A stretch of DNA of 64,000 nucleotides, taken from NCBI GenBank assembly GCA_965247115.1, contig CBDFGR010000003.1, positions 1,440,001 to 1,504,000 on the forward strand, in the 5' to 3' direction. Both the position numbers and the translations under genes were made by a program. The notes below the pieces were generated by a model. That model worked only from the letters and a program-made list of their open reading frames with translations, was not told the origin of the DNA and searched no databases. Of this stretch, positions 28,096 through 39,100 are shown piece after piece. Position 1 is the first letter of the stretch. Each line of letters opens with the position of its first letter. This DNA is from Myxococcota bacterium (lineage in GTDB: Bacteria > Myxococcota_A > UBA9160 > SZUA-336).

Positions 28096-28866
28096 TTAGC
28101 CGGCGAGGAAGCGAGCCTGCAAGCGTCGCATACCCGCGAGCCAGCGATCGTAGTCCGAGGTCTTGCGCTGCATGTACCCGAGCACCGTCGGGTGGGGCAG
28201 GATCAGGAAGCGCTCCTCGTCGATCGCCTGCACAACGCTGTCCGCGACCTCCTCCGCCTCCAGCATTCCGTCGAGACCCGCAACGCCGCCGTTGCGGGAA
28301 TCCGCGGTCATCCCCGTGCGCACCGCCTGTGGGCACAGCACCGACACCTTGATGCCCTGATCGCCGTACGTGATCGCGAGCCACTCTGCGAGCGCCACCG
28401 CCGCGTGCTTGGTCACGGCGTAGGGCGCAGAGCCGATCTGGCTCAGCAGCCCGGCTGCGGACGCCGTGCTCAGGATATAACCCTCGCCGCGTCCGAGCAT
28501 CGACGACAGCACCGCGCGCGAGGCGAAGACATGCGCCATCACGTTGACGTCCCAGATCTTCTGCCAGCCCTCGTTCTCGACCTCGACACCGCCGGGCAGG
28601 CCGATGCCCGCGTTGGAGAAGAACAGATCGATCGGGCCGTACTCTCGCTCGGAGACCTCGACCAGGTTCCTGACCTGGTCCTCGTCGCCGACATCGACCT
28701 CCACGGCCAGGCCGCCGATCTCGTCGGCAACGGCCTTCGCCCCCGAGGAATCCCGATCGGCCACGACGACGCCGCTCGCGCCCTCTGCCTTGAAGCGGCG
28801 ACACAGAGCCCGCCCGATCCCGCTCGCGCCGCCCGTCACGACCGCATGTTTACCGCTGAGCTTCAT
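28096..28866 (-). CDS. short-chain dehydrogenase/reductase
   Basis: [16 protein letters not shown]. Confidence 0.92.
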   Translation of the reverse strand: MKLSGKHAVVTGGASGIGRALCRRFKAEGASGVVVADRDSSGAKAVADEIGGLAVEVDVGDEDQVRNLVEVSEREYGPIDLFFSNAGIGLPGGVEVENEGWQKIWDVNVMAHVFASRAVLSSMLGRGEGYILSTASAAGLLSQIGSAPYAVTKHAAVALAEWLAITYGDQGIKVSVLCPQAVRTGMTADSRNGGVAGLDGMLEAEEVADSVVQAIDEERFLILPHPTVLGYMQRKTSDYDRWLAGMRRLQARFLAG

Positions 28867-28873
28867 GCGCGGC

Positions 28874-29293
28874 TCACCACTCCCCCGTATTCTCCATCGA
28901 CCCCCAGGGCTCTTGCTTCGCCAGCGCGTCACCCTTTTGCAGCAGCTCGATGGAGACGTTGTCGGGGGAGCGAACGAAGGCCATGCGGCCATCGCGCGGA
29001 GGCCGGTTGATCGTGACCCCGGCATCCTGCAGGCGCTGACAGGACTCGTAGATGTTGTCGACGCTGTATGCCAGGTGGCCGAAGTTCCGCCCCCCGTCGA
29101 GCTCCTCCGGGTCCCAGTTGTAGGTCAGCTCCACCTGGGCATCCTCGTCGCCCGGAGCGGCCAGAAAGATCAGGGTAAACCGGCCCTGCTCGACCTCGTG
29201 TCGCCGCAGCTCCTTCAGGCCGAGCGCCTTGGTGTAGAACTCGAGCGACTTGTCGAGGTCCGCCACGCGGACCATGGTGTGAAGGTATTTCAT
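28874..29293 (-). CDS. gloA: lactoylglutathione lyase (glyoxalase I)
   Basis: [23 protein letters not shown]. Confidence 0.88.
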   Translation of the reverse strand: MKYLHTMVRVADLDKSLEFYTKALGLKELRRHEVEQGRFTLIFLAAPGDEDAQVELTYNWDPEELDGGRNFGHLAYSVDNIYESCQRLQDAGVTINRPPRDGRMAFVRSPDNVSIELLQKGDALAKQEPWGSMENTGEW

Positions 29294-29418
29294 GGGCCCA
29301 GCATACCGGATGCGAGGGCGTTCTGGAGAGAGCTAGCTGTGTTTGCTACGGAATTTGCTGATCCGAGGCCTCTGGGACACTCCCGCCCAGCTGGCCAGTG
29401 GTGGTGGAGGCAGGCCGC

Positions 29419-30309
29419 GTGAGCCCGCGCATCAGCGTCGCTATGCCCGTCTACAACGCCGAGCGTTTCCTCGCCGAGACCCTGGACAGCTGGCTCGCTC
29501 AGGATCTGCAAGACTTCGAGCTCGTCGTCTCAGACAACGCGTCGTCCGACAACACGCCGCGCATCCTCGACGAGTACTCCCGGCGCGACCCTCGCCTGCG
29601 CGTCCTGCGTCGCAGCGAACGGGTCATCGCCTGGGAGAACTTCAACGGGCTGGTCGAGCAGTCCTCTGCCCCCCTGTTCGCCTGGGCCGCCTCCGACGAC
29701 CTGCGCCACCCGAGCTACCTGCAAAGGCTCTCGGCTGCGCTCGACCGCGACCGCGACGCCGTGCTGGCCTACGCCCGCACGACGCTCTTCGGAGATCCGC
29801 GCCGCGAGCGCCGCCGCGCGAGACGAAGACCCGCCACTCCCGGAGTAGAGCCAGACAAGCTCGATCGCTTGATCTCGCTCCTCCGCGCCAAGGAGTGGTA
29901 CCTGATCTACGGCCTGATCCGCACCGCCGTCCTCCGCCAGACACGCCTCTTCGTCTGGCCCATGGGGTTCAACGCCGATGTCGGCCTCGCCCTGGAGCTC
30001 GCCACGTTCGGCCGCTTCTGCCACGTCCCCGAAGAGCTGGTCTCCTTTCGACTCCACCCCGCCGCAATGAGCGTCGACCCGAACGAGCCCACCCACCGCG
30101 GAGAGCTCGGACGCCGACTCGACGAGGGCGCCAAGGCCTTTGCGTCCGGCCTCGACCTCAATCCGCGCGAGCGCCAGCTCTTCCTGCGCCAGCTCCGCGT
30201 CTGGTGCCGCAAGGCACAGAAGCCAAGGCACTTTCTGTGGAAGAGCGCCGGCTTCCGCTCGCTCTACGTGAGAACCAACCACGCCCTCATCGACCTGCTC
30301 CGGCTCTGA
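29419..30309 (+). CDS. GT2 glycosyltransferase
   Basis: MPVYNAE, SDNASSD, AASDD; GGAGG RBS. Confidence 0.9.
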   Translation: MSPRISVAMPVYNAERFLAETLDSWLAQDLQDFELVVSDNASSDNTPRILDEYSRRDPRLRVLRRSERVIAWENFNGLVEQSSAPLFAWAASDDLRHPSYLQRLSAALDRDRDAVLAYARTTLFGDPRRERRRARRRPATPGVEPDKLDRLISLLRAKEWYLIYGLIRTAVLRQTRLFVWPMGFNADVGLALELATFGRFCHVPEELVSFRLHPAAMSVDPNEPTHRGELGRRLDEGAKAFASGLDLNPRERQLFLRQLRVWCRKAQKPRHFLWKSAGFRSLYVRTNHALIDLLRL

Positions 30310-30329
30310 ATCCTCGACAGGCTGCGGAC

Positions 30330-31742
30330 TCACGGCCCCCTGACTTGCTCGTTGGAGAAGGAGCTCATGAGGCGGCTCTCCGAATACGCCGTAACCGCCA
30401 CGTAGACAGTGTCACCAGCGGGGACTTCAAGGTCGTAGCGGAAGATGTCCGCTCCCTCGGGATTCGCCATCGCGACATCAACCGGGGGACCATACGTCCC
30501 AGATGCTGCCCCAACGTAAACCATGAAGCCTGCCACGTTGCTGAGATCGGACTGCAGCCAGCGCAGCGTCTCGCTCCGGCCACCAAACCGGGACCAGTCG
30601 TAGTAGTCACTATCATCGAGACTAGCGAGCGTGGTCAGACTCATCGTCACCGGGCACTCGGCTACACCCCCATAATCCAGATCCAGGATCGCTATCTCGG
30701 AGCCTTTTCGCTTCCTACCAGTCGAACGAATGATGGCACCCTTTAGATCCAAGGGTGACCAGGTCAAGTGCCCATTGCTCACGTTCGAACCAAAATCCGT
30801 TGTAAGATTCGTCGCATCTACAACAAAGTACCCTGCACTGTCCGAGTCGATCTCCACGCACAACACATCCGATCCTGAGCCAGAAGCCGCGGGCGCAACA
30901 ACCGATAGCAGGTTGTCTTGGGTCTTCGACCACTGTCCGACGCTGATGGCAGTGGGATCGCCAACGAATCCTCCGAAGTCGATCGCGCAAGACGGGAATG
31001 GGCAGCTCGCCGAGGAGTTCGCACCGTCTTCGACGAAGTCGTAAATGTGAACGACTCCGCCTGCGCTGAGCACCATACGCGAGCCGTCCGGCGAGAAATG
31101 GACAGATCTCTCGCTCAGGCTGGTAGATGTCAGACGAATTCCACTAATCCAACTATCCGAACCAGGCGGAGTCTCAAGAGCCAGGAAGAGATCCGTTGTG
31201 CTGCCCACACTCTGCGAGTAGACGATCGTCGGAGTAACAGGATCAGCGTAAACACCCTCTAGAGAGGAGTTGGTTGGCGCGACAAGGGTTATGTCGCCGG
31301 TGAGGATATTGATCGTATAGACACCGGGGACCTGCCCAAGTTCTGCATTCTGATCTGTAAAGGCCACCCGGTCACCGTCTGGTAGCCATCTCGCCCCGAG
31401 CCCTGGAACCACATGCTCCAGGAGATTGACAAGGCCAGAGCCATCATCTGCACTGAGGTAGATGCCTTGGTTCTTGTTGTTGAGTTTGGCTACAAAGGCC
31501 AGGTCGCAGAAGTGGTTCCCATTGCTGTCAAGGATGTTGCAAGCGAGTTCTGGTTCGGGATCGCCTCCTCCGGCGCTTCCGCAATCGGCCGGACAGGTTG
31601 CCGAGTTCTCTGGATTCTGGCATTTGCCATCGCCGCATACCCTCTCGGGCGGCGCGAGGGAATCGGTTGGCACTCCGAGTAACACCAATCCCACAACTGC
31701 GCAGAGCTTGACGAGAGCCGAGGCGCCAAGTCGTCTTCCCAT
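30330..31742 (-). CDS. secreted protein: Cys-rich CGDGKC motif, TolB/PD40-like propeller repeats, C-terminal FnIII-like module
   Basis: Signal peptide; CGDGKCQNPENSATCPADC; WLPDG, FSPDG, WSP repeats; YVAVTAYS..FSNE terminus; A/T-richer than flanks. Confidence 0.7.
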   Translation of the reverse strand: MGRRLGASALVKLCAVVGLVLLGVPTDSLAPPERVCGDGKCQNPENSATCPADCGSAGGGDPEPELACNILDSNGNHFCDLAFVAKLNNKNQGIYLSADDGSGLVNLLEHVVPGLGARWLPDGDRVAFTDQNAELGQVPGVYTINILTGDITLVAPTNSSLEGVYADPVTPTIVYSQSVGSTTDLFLALETPPGSDSWISGIRLTSTSLSERSVHFSPDGSRMVLSAGGVVHIYDFVEDGANSSASCPFPSCAIDFGGFVGDPTAISVGQWSKTQDNLLSVVAPAASGSGSDVLCVEIDSDSAGYFVVDATNLTTDFGSNVSNGHLTWSPLDLKGAIIRSTGRKRKGSEIAILDLDYGGVAECPVTMSLTTLASLDDSDYYDWSRFGGRSETLRWLQSDLSNVAGFMVYVGAASGTYGPPVDVAMANPEGADIFRYDLEVPAGDTVYVAVTAYSESRLMSSFSNEQVRGP

Positions 31743-31871
31743 ATTCGCAAAGCCCCCCAGGCCAGTGTTGGCGTTCCACCGCGGACGAGCTTTGAGCATA
31801 CCAGCAGCCGTCCCCCGTCGACGGTGGTGCACCGTCCCCTGATCACTCTCGACGGACGAGGTGCTGGTTGA

Positions 31872-31908
31872 CCGTTCCGCTGAGACCGAAGTTGTCTCAG
31901 TGGAACGG
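31872..31908. terminator. stem-loop downstream of the polysaccharide export gene
   Basis: ccgttccgctgagac/gtctcagtggaacgg inverted repeat; no U tract. Confidence 0.45.
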
Positions 31909-31923
31909 ACTCAAGACATCGCT

Positions 31924-32607
31924 CTAGAAGGGGCTTACCGTCGAGAATACCCCTCGCCCAACCGCGAAGATTGATGTCAGGGGTAGAAAGACCATGCGGA
32001 TGGCGTTTCCCGCCCTCCCGAAGCCGTTGGCCGGGACGTCGATCACGTCTCCATCCCGCAGCGGGTAGTTCGTCTCGTTCAGCCCTTCCTCGATGATGTC
32101 ATCGAACCGGATCTTGTACACCCCGATCCCGGGTCGGGCCAGGTGCGCACCGTTGAGGGAAGCGACGAAGGTTCCCCCCTGGGCCTGAAGTAGCCCGTCG
32201 AGGACGGTCATATCTCCATCGAGTGGGAAGCTCCCCGGACGCACGACCTCACCGGTGACGTGAAAGAAGCGGCTGTTTGAGTCTGCGAGCTCGACGACGA
32301 CCGTTGGGTAAACAACGAACTCCTGAATTTTCTCGCGAATCGCGTCTTGAATCTCCGGGATGGTCTTTCCTCGAACCTGCACGTCTCCGATCATCTCTAT
32401 CGTGATCCGACCATCCGGCCGCACCACGACCTGTTCGCGCTCGTCGGGTTCTGGGCGGATGGTGACCCAAAGCACATCCGGTGGGGCGACTCGGTACTCG
32501 CTCGACTCGGGGTGGTTCTCCGAGTCCGGAAGCAACTTCGGACCGCTGCAGGCCCCGGAGACCATGGCCATAGCCATGAGAAGCGCGACGCATCCGCGTG
32601 TTCTCAT
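31924..32607 (-). CDS. polysaccharide export (OPX/Wza-like) lipoprotein
   Basis: SGAC lipobox, YRVAPPD, VRPDGRIT, GEVVRPG SLBB domain. Confidence 0.88.
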   Translation of the reverse strand: MRTRGCVALLMAMAMVSGACSGPKLLPDSENHPESSEYRVAPPDVLWVTIRPEPDEREQVVVRPDGRITIEMIGDVQVRGKTIPEIQDAIREKIQEFVVYPTVVVELADSNSRFFHVTGEVVRPGSFPLDGDMTVLDGLLQAQGGTFVASLNGAHLARPGIGVYKIRFDDIIEEGLNETNYPLRDGDVIDVPANGFGRAGNAIRMVFLPLTSIFAVGRGVFSTVSPF

Positions 32608-32718
32608 CCAGTGAATCTCCAAAGTTGAAGCCAGATGGTACCACTTCGAACTGCGACAAGGACTGGTCCAGCGCGGTATCCGAATCCTAGAGCGATCCTA
32701 AATCCTCAGAGAAGTCAG

Positions 32719-34077
32719 CTAGATAAGGGTCGACAGGGAGCGGGCTTCCAGGTAGAAGCGCTTCTCGTCTGCCTCGCCCAGCGAGAAGGTCTTGGCCGGG
32801 AGCGCGCCTTCGCGGACGATCGTCCGGAACAGGTCGGCCTTCTGCAGGGCCGGCAGCAGGAAGCCGACGCGATTCGCCTCCGACGCGAGCGTCCGCACGG
32901 CTTCGGCGCCGTGGATGTAGTCGATCCGGACGTCGCTGCGCTCCGATGCGTAGGCAGAGAGGAAGGCCTGTAGCGACGCGACCGGCAGGCTCGCTTTTGA
33001 GCGCGCGAGCGTGACGAGCCCGAAGCTCCCTCGGACGACGGTTCCCAGCGCGTGCAGCTGCGGATCGCGCTCGAGCTCGGCCAGCCTCGACAGCAGCATC
33101 GCTTCGTCTGCAAGCTCCTCCAGCGTGCAGCTCGAGCCCTGCGCGGCGAACCAGTCGGTCAGCGCGGAGAGCACGCCCGGCGGGTCGACCCCGAAGACCA
33201 CGCGGTGGATCGGCTCAAAGATCACGCCCTCGTCGTGGACGTTCACGAGCTCCACCAACGCGTGGCGCGCAGGATGGATGGACGCCGCCTCGTCCGTCAG
33301 CTCCGCCTTGACCTCCTCCCAGAGTGTCTTCGCTGCAGCCAGCGCGTGGTTGCCGTCGCCGGCAGCGAAGAGGAGGACGTCGGCGTCTGCCACCCCGTAG
33401 CGTTGCTGGAAGATCTCCGGACGCACGAGCGCGGCCAGAGCGGAGTGAAGCGCGCCGAGACCCTGCTCCGCCTCCACCGCCCAGCCGCGGACGCGTCCTG
33501 CCCCGAGCATCAGCTCCGCGTCGTAGAGGGGTGGCTCCTCTGCGAGTCGCTGTCCCAGGGGCTCGAGCACGCTCCGCTCAGGATCATCGAAGAGGACGAT
33601 CACATGAGGGAGCTCGAGACTTGCCCCCCTGCGCACCGCGAGCCGGGCCAGGATGCGCTCCGGGACCGTGCTCTCGCTGGCTCGAACCAGCGAGCGGGAA
33701 CCCGGCCGGAAGTCGTAGCTATCGAGATCCAGCGCGACTAGCAGGCCGCGCCGCCGTGGTGCTCGGGCCGTGCTCCGTTCGACGTAGACGAAGTTCCGGA
33801 CAGGAGCCCCGAACACACCCCTCTCCAGATACTCCCACATACGTTGCTGAATCCCCGCAGTGCGGTCTTCTGGGGCACCTTCGGCCAGATAGACCTCCGG
33901 GAGGACCAGGTGCAGCGTGGAGGGACTCTGGCCAACCTCCGCTTCGACCTGGCGCCAGTAGTCCGGTTCCGAGGTGTGCTGATCGCAGGCGATGACCGCC
34001 CAGCGGGACAGGTCCACATCGGGAGCAGGAAGCAGCACTTCCGGGACCTGGATGGCCAGGCGGCTGAAGTCGGGCAT
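32719..34077 (-). CDS. DUF1015-family protein
   Basis: WAVIACDQHTS, GDGNH, PIHR, PAKTFSLG. Confidence 0.85.
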   Translation of the reverse strand: MPDFSRLAIQVPEVLLPAPDVDLSRWAVIACDQHTSEPDYWRQVEAEVGQSPSTLHLVLPEVYLAEGAPEDRTAGIQQRMWEYLERGVFGAPVRNFVYVERSTARAPRRRGLLVALDLDSYDFRPGSRSLVRASESTVPERILARLAVRRGASLELPHVIVLFDDPERSVLEPLGQRLAEEPPLYDAELMLGAGRVRGWAVEAEQGLGALHSALAALVRPEIFQQRYGVADADVLLFAAGDGNHALAAAKTLWEEVKAELTDEAASIHPARHALVELVNVHDEGVIFEPIHRVVFGVDPPGVLSALTDWFAAQGSSCTLEELADEAMLLSRLAELERDPQLHALGTVVRGSFGLVTLARSKASLPVASLQAFLSAYASERSDVRIDYIHGAEAVRTLASEANRVGFLLPALQKADLFRTIVREGALPAKTFSLGEADEKRFYLEARSLSTLI

Positions 34078-34156
34078 GGGCGGGCGAGCATAAGCGATCT
34101 CCGTGGCGGGCGCGTTTCCTGTGAGATTTGAAACCGAGCTGCCGATGGGATATATC

Positions 34157-34209
34157 TGGTCTGACCACAATGGTCTGACCACGGTGGTCCGTCCAACATG
34201 GTCTGACCA
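34157..34209. promoter_or_regulatory. four tandem FadR/GntR-type operator boxes
   Basis: TGGTCTGACCA at 34157, 34171, 34199 and TGGTCCGTCCA at 34185; exact 14-bp period; TGGT-N3-ACCA is the FadR-subfamily palindrome. Confidence 0.85.
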
Positions 34210-34234
34210 GGACCCCAGTCATCGGAAAGACAGC

Positions 34235-34990
34235 GTGTCACAGCCCCAATCGCTCAGAGACGAGGTTGCCACTCAGCTCCGCAACGAGATCCTGCGCGGC
34301 CAGTACCGCGCGGGTGAGCGGCTTCCCTCGGAGCGGGACCTGGCCGAGCGCTTCGGCTGCAACCGGGGCTGTATCCGCGAGGCGCTCAAAACCCTGGAGC
34401 AGCTCGGCCTGGCCGACATCCGTCAGGGCGGCGCGCGCGTCATGCCACTGCAGGACGCGAGCCTGGACATCGTGGGACCGCTGCTCGAGCTGGAAGAGCT
34501 GCCGGACCCGGAGCTGGTCCGGCAGATCCTCGAAGTCGTGGAGTCGCTCATGGCCACGGCCATGCGGAGCGCGATCCAGCACGGGAGCGAGCTGCACCTC
34601 GAGCGCGTCCGGCACCTGCTGCAGGAGAACAAACAGATTCCGGGCGAGACCGACGACCAGGAAACCGTTCACGAGCTGGTCGAGCTGCTGGTCGAGGCCA
34701 GCGGCAATCTGGTGCTGCGACTCATCTTCCGCGGGCTCCGCTTCCAGTTCATGGGGCGGCTCGAAGCTGCCGGACTGCACCCGCCCCTGAGCCGCGATCT
34801 GTTTGCGCCTGCAGCGGACCAGCTGCTTCAGGCCGTCGAGCGGCGCGACGCCGATGCCGCGGCGCGGACCATGCGCGACCTCATGAGGGTACGCCGCGAG
34901 CACATCCTGAAGGGCCTCGAGGAGGGCCTGGCGCGCACGAACGGCAATGGCAACGGTGCGGGCAGCAACGGGCCAGGAGGGCTGCGCTGA
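34235..34990 (+). CDS. GntR/FadR-family transcriptional regulator
   Basis: GERLPSERDLAERFG..R..IREAL; C-terminal ASGN FCD motif. Confidence 0.92.
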   Translation: MSQPQSLRDEVATQLRNEILRGQYRAGERLPSERDLAERFGCNRGCIREALKTLEQLGLADIRQGGARVMPLQDASLDIVGPLLELEELPDPELVRQILEVVESLMATAMRSAIQHGSELHLERVRHLLQENKQIPGETDDQETVHELVELLVEASGNLVLRLIFRGLRFQFMGRLEAAGLHPPLSRDLFAPAADQLLQAVERRDADAAARTMRDLMRVRREHILKGLEEGLARTNGNGNGAGSNGPGGLR

Positions 34991-36153
34991 TGCGACTGAA
35001 GGTCATCCTTCCCGCTGCCGCAATCGCTGTCTCCCTCCTGGGAGCGGCCGTTCTCATCGCTACCAGCTCACCTGTCGAGGGACGCCCCTCGGAGCGCCAG
35101 ATCCGACCCGTTCGCGTGCTCGAAGCCCACCCCGGGACCGTGCAGCTGCGCGTCCTGTCACAGGGCACCGTCGCACCTCGGACCGAGAGCGCCCTGATCC
35201 CCGAGGTCTCCGGTCCGGTCGTCTGGGTGTCGCCGGCGCTCGTCTCGGGGGGCTACTTCGAAGCCGGCCAGGTCCTGCTCCGCATCGATCCCCTCGACCA
35301 CGAGGCCGCCCTCGAGCGCGCCCGCGCGAGCGTAGCCCGCGCGGAGGGCGAGTACGAGCATGCCCGGCAGGTGCTCGAACGCCAGCGCGGGCTCGCGTCG
35401 CGCAACGTCGTGAGCGCCGCTGCCCTCGACGAGGCGGAGCGCTCAGGGAGAGTGACCGAGGCCGCGCTGCGCGAGGCTCGCGTGGCGCGCGGCCAGGCGG
35501 AGCGCGACCTTGCGCGCACCGAGATCAAGGCTCCGTTCACCGGACGCGTCCGGGACGAACGCGTGGACGTCGGACAGTTCCTGAGTCGCGGGAACGCGTT
35601 CGGCACCATCTATGCGACGGACTACGTCGAGATCCGCCTGCCCGTTCCCGATCACCAGCTCGCGTACCTGGACGTGCCGCTCTGGGATCGCGGAGACCTC
35701 GAGGGCGACCTACCGGAGGTGACACTGAGCGCTCGCTTTGCAGGAGCAGAGCACGCCTGGCAGGGACACATCGTCCGCACCGAGGGCGAGATCGATCCCA
35801 AGAGCCGAATGGTGCACGTGGTCGCCCGCGTCGAGGACCCCTACGCGATCTCCGCCGACGGCTCACGCCCTCCGCTGGCAGTCGGCCTCTTCGTGAATGC
35901 GGAGATCGCTGGCCGCTCCGCCGAGCAGGTCACGCTGGTGCCTCGCTCGGCCATGCGTGAGGGCAGTCGGGTCCTGGTCGTCGACCAGGAGAACCGGCTC
36001 CGCTACCGCGACGTCGAGGTCCTGCGCATCGATCGCGACGACGTGCTGATCCGGGCGGGCCTCGATGCGGGCGAGCGCGTCTGCATCTCCCAGCTGCAAA
36101 CCGTCGTGGAGGGCATGGAGGTGCGACCCATCCTCGAGACTCCAGAACGGTAG
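34990..36153 (+). CDS. RND efflux periplasmic adaptor
   Basis: N-terminal TM anchor, PEVSG, IKAPFTG. Confidence 0.9.
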   Translation: MRLKVILPAAAIAVSLLGAAVLIATSSPVEGRPSERQIRPVRVLEAHPGTVQLRVLSQGTVAPRTESALIPEVSGPVVWVSPALVSGGYFEAGQVLLRIDPLDHEAALERARASVARAEGEYEHARQVLERQRGLASRNVVSAAALDEAERSGRVTEAALREARVARGQAERDLARTEIKAPFTGRVRDERVDVGQFLSRGNAFGTIYATDYVEIRLPVPDHQLAYLDVPLWDRGDLEGDLPEVTLSARFAGAEHAWQGHIVRTEGEIDPKSRMVHVVARVEDPYAISADGSRPPLAVGLFVNAEIAGRSAEQVTLVPRSAMREGSRVLVVDQENRLRYRDVEVLRIDRDDVLIRAGLDAGERVCISQLQTVVEGMEVRPILETPER

Positions 36154-36163
36154 GACCGGGCTC

Positions 36164-39100
36164 GTGAGCCGGATCATCGCCTGGTTCGTCGACAACTCCG
36201 TTGCAGCGAACCTACTCATGTGCGTGCTCGTGGTCGGCGGGCTGCTCGCCCTGCCGGCGATCCACCTGGAAGAGTTCCCGAGCGTCGATCTCAAGGTGAT
36301 CCAGGTGACCGTCGAGTACCTTGGCGCGGCTCCGGAAGAGGTCTCCGAGGGCGTCTGCGTCCGGATCGAGGAGGCGATCGAGGGAGCCGAGGGCATCGAT
36401 ACGATCCGCTCGACCGCTGTCGAGGGCGTCTGCGCGGTCATCATCGAGCTGCTCGAGAGCGCGGATTCGAGCGACGCCCTGGACGAGATCAAGAACCGGA
36501 TCGACGGGATCTCCACCTTCCCCGAAGAGACCGAGACCCCCGTCGTCTCCCGCCTTCTCATGAGAATGCTCACGCTCCAGATCGCCGTCTCGGGGAACGC
36601 CGACGAGCGCACGCTCAAGCACCTGGGACAGCAGGTGCGCGACGACATCGCCGCGCTGGATGGCGTGTCCCAGGTATCGCTCTCCTTCGTGCGCCCGTAC
36701 GAGATCTCGATCGAGGTCTCCGAGGACATGCTGCGCCGCCACGGCCTGACGCTCGACCAGGTCGCGGCCGCCGTGGGCCGCTCGTCGCTCGATCTGCCGG
36801 GAGGCTCGCTCAAGACACGCGGCGGAGAAATCCTGCTGCGCGCAAAGGGGCAGGCCTACCGCGGCGGCGAGTTCGAGGAGGTCGTGGTGCTGACGCGTCC
36901 CGACGGTACGAACGTCACGCTGGGCGAGATTGCAGAGGTCGTGGACGGCTTTCGCGACGACGACCTGAAGGCGTATCTGGACGGCAAGCCGGCGGTGCTG
37001 ATCCGGGTGGAGCGAGTCGGCGACGAGGACATGCTCGAGATCGCCGCCGCGGTCAAGGCCTACCTGGAGCAGGCGCGCACGCGCATGCCCGAGGGAATCG
37101 AGCTCACGATCTGGTCGGACAGGGCGGCGGACCTGGAGGCGCGGGTGGCCGCCCTGACCGGAAACGCGCGCAACGGCCTGATCCTGGTGCTGCTGATCCT
37201 GGCGCTCTTCCTGCGCTTCCGCCTGGCCGTCTGGGTCGCTGCGGGGGTGCCCATCGCGTTCCTCGGAGCGCTGATGGCCTTCCCCGCCCTCGGACTCTCG
37301 ATCAGCACGCTGTCGATCATGGCCCTGATCCTGGTGCTGGGAATCGTGGTCGACGATGCCATCGTGGTCGGCGAGAACGTGTACACGCACGAGAGCAAGC
37401 ACGAGGACCAGCGTCGCGCAGCCATCACCGGGACCCAGGAGGTCTACGTCCCGGTGATCTTCGGCGTGCTGACGACGGTCGCAGCCTTCTTCCCGCTACT
37501 GATCGTCCCCGGGCGCATGGGCAAGATGTTCGTCGTCATCGGCGCGACGGTCATCGTCTGCCTGCTCTTCTCCCTGATCGAGTCCCAGCTGATCCTGCCC
37601 GCACATCTGGCGCATCGGCGCACGCGCAGCAAGAGAGGGAGCTCGAACACCGTGGTGCGTGGCTGGTCGAGCTTCCAGGAGGGCATGGCAACGCGCCTGG
37701 AGCACTTTGCCCGCGACATCTACCGGCCCTTCCTGGAGCGAGCGCTCGAGTGGCGCTACCTGACCGTTGCCATCGGCATCGGCGTGCTGATCCTGACCGC
37801 GTCGCTGTTCACGAGCGGGCGCATGGCGTTCCAGTTCTTCCCGCCTGTCGAGGGCAACCGCGTCTCCGCGAGCCTGACCATGCCGCGCGGCACCCCACTC
37901 GAGATGACCGCGCGGGCTGTCGACAAGCTCGAAAGTGCCGCGGAGACCCTTCGCGCCCAGATCGACAGTACCCGCCCAGAGGGCGAGCCGAGCATCTTCC
38001 AACACGTGCTGACGGGCATCGGGGGCAAGCTCGTAGTCGACATGGGGCCCGACCGGCCTGGCTTTGCCTCCAGCGGGGCCTACGAGGCCGAGGTCATGCT
38101 CGAGCTGATCCCGGCAGCGGAGCGAGCCGTCGGCTCGAACGAGATCGTCCGACGCTGGAGGGAGCTGGCCGGGATCATTCCCGACACAGTCGAGCTCACG
38201 TTCCTGGCCAGCGAGTTCCACGCGGGCGAGGCCATCAACGTGCAGCTGCGCGGCCGGGACCTCGACGAGCTCAGACTGGCGGCCGCTCAGCTGCGGACCG
38301 AGCTCGCCGGCTTCCCCGGTGTCAGGGACATCGCGGACTCGTTCCGCGCGGGCAAGCAGGAGGTCAAGCTCGAAATCCTGCCCACCGCGAAGCACCTCGG
38401 CCTGACTCAGGACGATCTCGCGCGCCAGGTTCGGCAGGCCTTCTACGGCCATCAGGTGCAGCGCATCCAGCGGGGTCGCGACGACGTCCGCGTGATGGTG
38501 CGCTACCCCCAGTCAGAGCGAGCGTCGCTCGGGGACCTGGAGGACATGCGCATCCGCACGGCCGACGGGACGGAGGTCCCGTTCGCGAGCGTGGCGCGCG
38601 TGGAGCTCGGACGCGGCTACGCGACGATCCAGCGCACGGACCGCGAGCAGGTCGTCAACGTCACGGCCGACGTCGATCGCGCCGTGTCGAGGCCCGAACA
38701 GGTCATGGGAGCCCTGGAGCGCGTCGGGCTCCCCCGCGTCCTCTCCGCGCACCCGGGAGTGAGCTTCAATCTGGAGGGCGAGCAGGAGGAGCGCACGAAG
38801 GCGATGGGCGGCCTAGTCCGGGGCTTCGGGCTGGCGCTTCTCGTCATCTACGCGCTGCTCGCGGTTCCGCTCCGCAGCTACCTGCAGCCGCTCATCATCA
38901 TGTCCGTGATCCCGTTCGGCGCGGTCGGCGCGATCGTCGGCCACCTCATCATGGGCATGAACCTCGTCTTCTTCTCCATTCTCGGCATCGTCGCCCTGTC
39001 CGGCGTCGTCGTGAACGCGAGTCTCGTCCTGGTCCACTACGTGAACCGCACGCGCAGCGAGGGCCTCCCCAGCCACGAAGCCGCGGCCATCGCGGGCCTG

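Noticed and set aside
27596..28804. Apparent 737-aa fusion upstream of the F420 LLM
   Set aside because: The extension overlaps the SDR and hydroxylase genes in other frames; RBS supports ATG 27595.
34157..34209. Possible mini-CRISPR
   Set aside because: 11-bp units with 3-nt spacers, no cas genes; fits GntR operators.
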